Source: Nitrospira sp. (lineage in GTDB: Bacteria > Nitrospirota > Nitrospiria > Nitrospirales > Nitrospiraceae). From it: a stretch of 43,528 nucleotides of DNA. How positions within the stretch are numbered: position 1 is the first letter of the stretch; every line of letters begins with the position of its first letter. Shown here piece by piece: positions 38,293 through 43,528 of this stretch. Where the stretch lies: assembly GCA_031420175.1 (NCBI GenBank), contig JANOMG010000177.1, positions 1 through 43,528 on the forward strand, written 5' to 3'. Under the pieces are notes generated by a model. That model searched no databases. It was not told the DNA's origin and saw only the letters and a list, made by a program, of their open reading frames with translations. The translations under genes were made by a program, and so were the position numbers.

Positions 38293-39864
38293 TTAACGCA
38301 CCGTCCCCGCCTCAGGCAGTCCCTCTTGGACCGTAGGCCCGATCAAGAGGTCATACGGCGCATAATCGTCAGTGAGCACGACGCCTGCCTCCCATGGTTG
38401 CGTGCGATGGGCACGCAGCAACGCAATGGCCTCGAAGGGAAGACGCTGTTGCTCAACCAATCTGTTCACCTTGGCCACAATGGTAGAGAGCGTATGCTGC
38501 TCGAGCGGCGCGCCGGCAAAAAAAATCAGATTCTCCGATCGCGTCTGCGCAGACTTCCATGGCCCCTTGACCGCAAAGGACTCCACACTGGGAAACGACC
38601 GCTTCATCGTCTGCACAACCGCATTGGCCCGCAACAGATCCCCCCCCTCGCCAGACGAGGCCAAATTCACTGCCAGGATACCGCTCGGCGCAAGACGAGC
38701 GCGCAACTCGGCAAAGAACTCCACGGTGGTCAGATGAAACGGAATCATGTGTCGAGCAAACGCATCCACCCAAATGAAATCATAGATTCGCTCCGTGGAA
38801 TTCAGGAAGACCCGCGCATCCCGGACGTGCACATGATGCTGAGGAGGAGGCTGATAGGAGAAATACTCTTCGGCCATGCGGACGACCACCGGATCGAACT
38901 CGACCACATCCAACTCGAGTTCAGGCCATCGGTGGGCGAGCCACTTCGCCAGCGATCCGCCTCCATGACCAAGGATCAGGCCCCTCTTTGGCTCGGGCAC
39001 CAAAGCCAGCGACGCGACCATCAATTGACTATAAGGAAGAAACAGCGCGACCGGATCCGCCTTCCACATGACCGCATGGAACGTTCGATCTAAGACGAGG
39101 TAGCGAAAGAGATCGTCATCGCGAATTCTGACTTGTTGGTAGGGGCTGTCTTCCTGATAGACCGGCGCCTTCAACTTCTGGATCGGAGACAAGGCACCGG
39201 CCCCCAGGCCTCCGATGCAGAGGATGAGCATACCGATCACAACAGGTCGTGCGGTCGTCCCGCTGACCAACCACCAGAGACCAAGCCCCACTTGAATGGC
39301 GCCGAGCCACGAGATAAGTGCCTGGCTGCCGATCCAGGACAGAAAGAAAAACGCCGTCCCCCAGGTTCCCACCAAGCTCCCCAGGGTCGAGAGCGCAATC
39401 ATGCGACCCGTATGCCGACCGAAATACTCAAGATCTGACACGGCCAATCGCAACATAGCCGGTAGCACGCCGCTCAGACCAAAGGCCGGCGGGCCCAGAA
39501 GCAGCGCCGCGGCGACACAAGGGCCCCACCGAGGATCCTCGATCGTCGCCGCCACTTTAAAGAGCACCGGCTGGCCGAGCCACGCGATCAGAAACGTCCA
39601 GGCTCCAGAGAATAGCAACAGGCTTGCCAACACCTGCGCGCCGGGGTACCGGTCGGAGGCCCAGCCGCCAAAGGCATACCCACTACTCATCGCGGCAAGA
39701 ATCACTCCGATCAATGCGCCCCAGACAAACAGGGAGTTTCCGAAAACGGGAGCCAAGAGACGGCTTCCCAAAATTTCGAGCGCCATAACCACCCCACCGG
39801 TTACCAGCGCTGTCATCAGAAGGAACCATCGAGGGGTATGAGTCGGCCGATTCACTAAACTCAT
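38293..39864 (-). CDS. Fused polytopic membrane domain + spermidine-synthase-like (class I SAM-dependent) domain
   Basis: The N-terminal ~270 aa are hydrophobic helices (LLMTALVTGGVVMALEILGSRLLAPVFGNSLFVWGALIGVIL...). The C-terminal part has GLILGHGGGSLAKWL...VVEFDPVVVRMAEEYF...WVDAF. I prefer the start at ATG 39864 (or 39879). The track extension to 40065 overlaps the CBS gene. Confidence 0.75.
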   Translation of the reverse strand: MSLVNRPTHTPRWFLLMTALVTGGVVMALEILGSRLLAPVFGNSLFVWGALIGVILAAMSSGYAFGGWASDRYPGAQVLASLLLFSGAWTFLIAWLGQPVLFKVAATIEDPRWGPCVAAALLLGPPAFGLSGVLPAMLRLAVSDLEYFGRHTGRMIALSTLGSLVGTWGTAFFFLSWIGSQALISWLGAIQVGLGLWWLVSGTTARPVVIGMLILCIGGLGAGALSPIQKLKAPVYQEDSPYQQVRIRDDDLFRYLVLDRTFHAVMWKADPVALFLPYSQLMVASLALVPEPKRGLILGHGGGSLAKWLAHRWPELELDVVEFDPVVVRMAEEYFSYQPPPQHHVHVRDARVFLNSTERIYDFIWVDAFARHMIPFHLTTVEFFAELRARLAPSGILAVNLASSGEGGDLLRANAVVQTMKRSFPSVESFAVKGPWKSAQTRSENLIFFAGAPLEQHTLSTIVAKVNRLVEQQRLPFEAIALLRAHRTQPWEAGVVLTDDYAPYDLLIGPTVQEGLPEAGTVR

Positions 39865-39922
39865 GCGGAACCACCACATATGGTAAGGAAACGATCCGGC
39901 GCTGCCCCGCGCCCCCCGAGGA

Positions 39923-40378
39923 TCACAGACCGCCCCAGTTCTTGAAGTAGCGTAAGAGATCGCGGACGGAGATGATCCCGGCGATCTGTCCGTCATCGGA
40001 GACCGCCAGATGTCGAATCCCGTGTTCCGCCATTTTCTCACTCGCCTCGTGGGCCGAGCTCGCACTATCGATCGACAATAGTGGACTGCTCATGACGGCC
40101 CGAACCAACGTCTCTTGTGCCGAACGCAATTCGGCCATCCCTTTGCGAACCAAGTCCGATTCACTGACCAGACCACTGTAGTGGCCACCCTCGTGCACCA
40201 ACAATGCGCCGACCTTCGCGTCACGCATCAGCCGGGCCGCCTCCAATAACGTTGCATCCGGACTGATCGTGCACAGGGTCCTGCACATCATCACGACGAG
40301 AGGTCGCTGCAGAGGTCCACTTTGAATCGCCATACGATAGAATCCGTCCGATGAAGGAAACAAATAGTACTCAGCCAT
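39923..40378 (-). CDS. CBS-pair domain protein
   Basis: Two CBS motifs (...VGALLVHEGGHYSGLVSESDLV... and ...HGIRHLAVSDDGQIAGIISVRDLL). Confidence 0.8.
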   Translation of the reverse strand: MAEYYLFPSSDGFYRMAIQSGPLQRPLVVMMCRTLCTISPDATLLEAARLMRDAKVGALLVHEGGHYSGLVSESDLVRKGMAELRSAQETLVRAVMSSPLLSIDSASSAHEASEKMAEHGIRHLAVSDDGQIAGIISVRDLLRYFKNWGGL

Positions 40379-40451
40379 CGCCCACCTGTCAACGAGCGAC
40401 TCAGGCAGCTCCTCCCAATGAACACGGCTTTTTATAACTCTTGAGTTCTAA

Positions 40452-41447
40452 CTCCAAGTGCAACACAACCGGCCCTGATGGGCTACGGTGTTGCCATGCC
40501 AAAGACAGGCTCTACGCACTTGCGTGACGCCGACCGTGAGCCGCTGCGTCTGGGCCTGGCCCCTGGCCATTCGCGGCGGGCGCTGGCGAGGGTGGTGCGG
40601 CGAGTGCCCAGCACCGTGCGCCGGGAATGCGCCCGCAACGCAGGACGGGGCCGCCGGTCTCGCGCGTGCACGGCACACACGTTGGCAGCCGGTCGGGCGC
40701 GCCAGCCACGGCGCGCGCACACTCCTGGATCTCTGGCTGTGGCAGTCTGTGCGGACGCATCTTGCCGAGGGGTGCTCGCCCGAACAGAGTGCCGGGCGGC
40801 TCCCCCGCGCGTATCCTGACGACAGGGGCAACCACCTGTCGGCTGAGACCCTCTCTGTCGGCCTGTATGTGCTGCCACGCGGAGCCCTGAGGAGCGCACT
40901 GCTGGTGGCGTTGCGCCAGGCGCGTCGGCCTCGGGCCCGCGGGACGGCCCGCCGCGGTGGCCACCCGCACGGTGCCCGGCCACTGGCAAGGCGACCTCAT
41001 CCACGGCGCCCGCAATGGCGCGGCCGTCGGCACCCTGGTGGCGCGGACCACCCGCGTGGTCAGCCTGGCCAGGAGGGAGGGGACGGACGCGAGGCGGGCG
41101 CGAGCCGGCTTCACCACGACACTCCGGCACGGGCCCGCCCTGCTGCGCAAAACATTGACCGGTGATCGGGGCAACGAGAGAGCGGAGCACGCGCGGATGG
41201 CCCAGCGGCTCGCGATCCAGATCGCCGTTGCCGATCCGTCCCACCCCTGGCAACGCGGCATCAACGAGACCACCCATGAGCGGTGGCGCCAGTACCTCCA
41301 CGGGGACGGATGTGTCCGGCTCCACCCAACGCGAGGTGAACGCCATCGCCCCTCGCTTGAACACGCGCCCCCGAACATGGCGCAACGTCGCCACGCCCAG
41401 GGAAGTCTCCGCGCACCTGCGCCATCATGCACCCGTTGCACGTGGAG
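40452..41447 (+). mobile_element. Decayed IS30-family insertion sequence (boundaries +/- ~10 bp)
   Basis: Terminal inverted repeat CTCCAAGTGCAAC (40452..40464) versus GTTGCACGTGGAG (41435..41447), matching 12 of 13 positions. The boundaries coincide with an abrupt switch from AT-rich flanks to very GC-rich DNA in which all six frames stay open. Confidence 0.65.
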
Positions 41448-41452
41448 CTTGA
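40478..41452 (+). pseudogene. IS30-family DDE transposase, disrupted by at least 3 frameshifts and probably a small internal deletion
   Basis: IS30 hallmarks are spread over three frames. VPSTVRRECARN (HTH) is in the frame of 40478. CSPEQSAGRL..AYPDD...SAETL is in the frame of 40488. GHWQGDLI, TLTGDRGNE and HPWQRGINE are in the frame of 40957. GTDVSGSTQREVNAIAPRLNTRPR is back in the first frame (ORF 41162..41452). The frame switches fall near 40722, 40950 and 41304, the last at a GGGG run. Confidence 0.75.
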
Positions 41453-41465
41453 AACCGCCACTTCA

Positions 41466-41494
41466 TTGCTCACCCCCAATACCGTTGCTATACT
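41466..41494 (+). promoter_or_regulatory. Sigma-70-like promoter for ugd
   Basis: TTGCTC-17 nt-TATACT, 40 nt upstream of the ATG at 41534. Confidence 0.4.
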
Positions 41495-41533
41495 CGCCCC
41501 AGATCGTTCTTGGTTAAACGAGGAGAGGGACCC

Positions 41534-42859
41534 ATGCATATCAGTGTGATTGGAACCGGTTATGTCGGATTGGTAACAGGCGCCTGCTTTTCAGAGTTCG
41601 GCGTCAGCGTGACCTGCATGGATACCGACGCCAAACGGATCGCCAGGCTTGAGAAGGGCGATGTACCCTTCTATGAACCGGGGATCACGGAGCTCGTTGC
41701 CAAAGGCATTCGAGAGGGCCGAATCAGCTTTACCACCGACGTCGCCAAAGCCGTCGACAAGGCCCTCGTCATCTTTATTGCGGTCGGAACCCCACCACGA
41801 GCGGACGGATCAGCCGACCTGTCGTACGTCGAAGAAGTCGGCCGCGGCATCGCCAGAACCATGACCGGGTATAAGGTCATCGTCACCAAATCAACGGTCC
41901 CGGTGGGAACCGGGGAAAAACTGCGTGAGGTGATCAACGCCAACCAATCAGGCAAGTTCAGATTCGACATCGTCTCCAACCCGGAGTTTCTTCGTGAAGG
42001 GTCTGCCATCGAAGATTTCATGCGACCAAACCGGGTCGTCATCGGCACAGACAGCGAACAGGCGGTTGCGATCATGAAGGACCTCTATCGTCCGCTCTAT
42101 TTACTCGAAACTCCGTTCGTCGTCACCGACATCCCGACTGCCGAAATGATCAAATACGCCTCTAACGCCTTCCTCGCCACCAAGATTTCGTTCATCAACG
42201 AAATCGCGACAGTCTGCGAGAAGGTGGGTGCCGACGTGCAAATGGTCGCGAAAGGCATGGGGCTCGACAACCGGATTGGATCAAAGTTTCTCCATGCAGG
42301 ACCGGGGTTCGGGGGATCCTGCTTCCCGAAAGATTTGGCCGCCCTCGTACAGACGGGAGAGCGAGTCGGCTATCCCATGCAGATCGCCGGCGCCGCCGCC
42401 CTGGTCAACGAACAGCAGCGTGGCAGGATGATTGAAAAGATCACGAAGGAGATGGGGGGGGTCAAGGGAAAGACGTTCGCGATGTTGGGCCTGTCCTTCA
42501 AGCCCAACACCAACGACCTACGGGATGCGCCAGCCCTGGCCATTGCGCAGGAACTGATGAAACAGGGCGCGACGGTTCGCGCCTACGATCCTGCTGCGCT
42601 TGATGAAGCCTGCCACATTATTTCAGGCCTCGTCCCCTGTAAAGACGCCTATGACACAGCACAGGGGGCGGATGCTTTGATTCTTATGACCGAATGGAAC
42701 CAGTTCAGAACCCTCGATTTCGACAGGCTGAAGACCCTCTTACGCCAGCCCATCTTCTTCGACTTGCGAAATGTCTATGCGCCCGACCAAGTCGCAGCCT
42801 TTGGCTTCCGTCACATTTCAGTCGGGAGGCCCAGCAAGGCTCCTTGCCCAGCCACGTAA
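41534..42859 (+). CDS. ugd: UDP-glucose 6-dehydrogenase
   Basis: MHISVIGTGYVGLVTGACF...NPEFLREGSAI...GFGGSCFPKD. The ATG at 41534 has the SD GAGGAGAGGG; the track start at 41510 is TTG. Confidence 0.9.
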   Translation: MHISVIGTGYVGLVTGACFSEFGVSVTCMDTDAKRIARLEKGDVPFYEPGITELVAKGIREGRISFTTDVAKAVDKALVIFIAVGTPPRADGSADLSYVEEVGRGIARTMTGYKVIVTKSTVPVGTGEKLREVINANQSGKFRFDIVSNPEFLREGSAIEDFMRPNRVVIGTDSEQAVAIMKDLYRPLYLLETPFVVTDIPTAEMIKYASNAFLATKISFINEIATVCEKVGADVQMVAKGMGLDNRIGSKFLHAGPGFGGSCFPKDLAALVQTGERVGYPMQIAGAAALVNEQQRGRMIEKITKEMGGVKGKTFAMLGLSFKPNTNDLRDAPALAIAQELMKQGATVRAYDPAALDEACHIISGLVPCKDAYDTAQGADALILMTEWNQFRTLDFDRLKTLLRQPIFFDLRNVYAPDQVAAFGFRHISVGRPSKAPCPAT

Positions 42860-42867
42860 CACCGGCC

Positions 42868-43528
42868 TTACGTAAGGCGTGGCGTTTCAACATTGGCCTC
42901 CTCTTTGACTTTCGGCTTGTAGCCCATCCGGTCTAATACTTTCATCACCCGTGCTTTCAGACGGTCGTCGGCCTCGGCAAGCGCCGTGGCCAACGGCTCG
43001 ACGGCGGGCTTCCCGATCTTGCGGATGATTTCCGTCACTGATTGCCTGACCTCATCCTCCTCAGAAACCAGCAAAGGCACAAGCGACGACACCGCCGGAC
43101 CACCGATCTTGATCAACGAATCATAGGCACGCTGCCGGACGTCGCCGACTTCATCCGCTAACGCATCGACTAACGGCCGCACGGCGCGAACTTCTTTCAG
43201 CTCACCCAGTACTTCAGCCGCGTACTTTCGATTGAGCCAGTGGCTATCCTTAAGGTCCAAGAGCATCGCGTCAGCACGCGCCGCATTGGGATCCTTTGCA
43301 CGAATCCGGAAGCTCTTGGCGACCCGTTTTCCACCTTCTTCGACGACGCGGATCGTGGCACCATCCCCTATCTTAAGGCGCTTCAGCTCTTCAAGTGCCT
43401 CGTCATCCACGTCCAGCACCACCGTCTTCCCGTCGTAAGCCAACAGTTCGACTTCAAGCTGCTTCGCCTCAAGGTTCACCGCGACGACTCGTTCCGTGAC
43501 GAGATTGAACCCGTCCTTCTTCGCGCCG
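42868..43528 (-). CDS. HEAT/PBS-lyase-repeat protein; 5' end probably beyond the right window edge
   Basis: The C-terminal half has repeats RKYAAEVLGELKEVRAVRPLVDALADEVGDVRQRAYDSLIKIGGPAVSSLVPLL.SEEDEVRQSVTEIIRKIGKPAVEPL. By my own translation the frame stays open from 43479 (GTG) to 43527 (GAKKDGFNLVTERVVA...). Confidence 0.65.
   Translation of the reverse strand, partial: GAKKDGFNLVTERVVAVNLEAKQLEVELLAYDGKTVVLDVDDEALEELKRLKIGDGATIRVVEEGGKRVAKSFRIRAKDPNAARADAMLLDLKDSHWLNRKYAAEVLGELKEVRAVRPLVDALADEVGDVRQRAYDSLIKIGGPAVSSLVPLLVSEEDEVRQSVTEIIRKIGKPAVEPLATALAEADDRLKARVMKVLDRMGYKPKVKEEANVETPRLT

Noticed and set aside
40448-41441. Three overlapping minus-strand ORFs (127, 303 and 309 aa) and several plus-strand ORFs in one kilobase
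   Set aside because: They are artefacts of very GC-rich DNA, where stop codons are rare in all frames. Only the plus-strand frames carry IS30 motifs. The minus-strand translations are Arg/Ala/Pro-rich with no motif.
1-43528. Search for CRISPR arrays, rRNA, tmRNA/RNase P/SRP RNA, prophage or defence-island genes (nucleases, helicases, STAND ATPases, TA pairs)
   Set aside because: I saw no regularly spaced direct repeats. Every ORF longer than 150 aa that is not antisense to a better gene is accounted for by a recognisable housekeeping family or by the few unknowns listed in the findings.

Overview
A 43.5-kb, moderately GC-rich bacterial chromosomal segment with about 45 protein genes and one tRNA, mostly on the minus strand and mostly conserved housekeeping. 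Order of contents: (1) A type IV pilus minor-pilin operon (FimT/GspH-like, PilV-like, PilW-like, PilX-like). It runs off the left edge, and the last gene is missing from the ORF track. It is preceded by the prepilin peptidase pilD and a divergent LuxR-type solo regulator. (2) rlmB-cysS, dedA, surE, tRNA-Pro(GGG), a MerR-like regulator and an IHF/HU-type protein. (3) An aspartate-family supraoperon: aminotransferase-hom-thrC-(ApgM-like)-lysC-cimA. (4) Plus-strand pdxJ and a translationally coupled nnr-tsaE-lapA-like-mutS chain. (5) Two tandem secreted proteins of unknown function behind an AT-rich, palindrome-rich leader. (6) The classical rimP-nusA-infB-DUF503-rbfA-truB-rpsO-pnp-M16 peptidase cluster. 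(7) A less ordinary 35-40 kb stretch: DUF192, a small Rieske protein, an I42-like protein, a class IV aminotransferase, a ferredoxin, an orphan secreted protein, a cupredoxin-like protein, a membrane-fused spermidine-synthase-like protein and a CBS protein. (8) A roughly 1-kb very GC-rich decayed IS30-family element. (9) ugd and a HEAT-repeat protein that runs off the right edge. I saw no CRISPR array, rRNA, prophage, or recognisable defence or toxin-antitoxin module. I do not see a clear-cut novel multi-gene system. The best unexplained candidates are the secreted paralog pair with its palindromic leader (22.7-24.3 kb) and the DUF192-Rieske-I42-like-aminotransferase operon (34.2-36.4 kb). All family assignments come from motif recognition by eye, with no database search. 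Start codons were re-evaluated by hand where stated.
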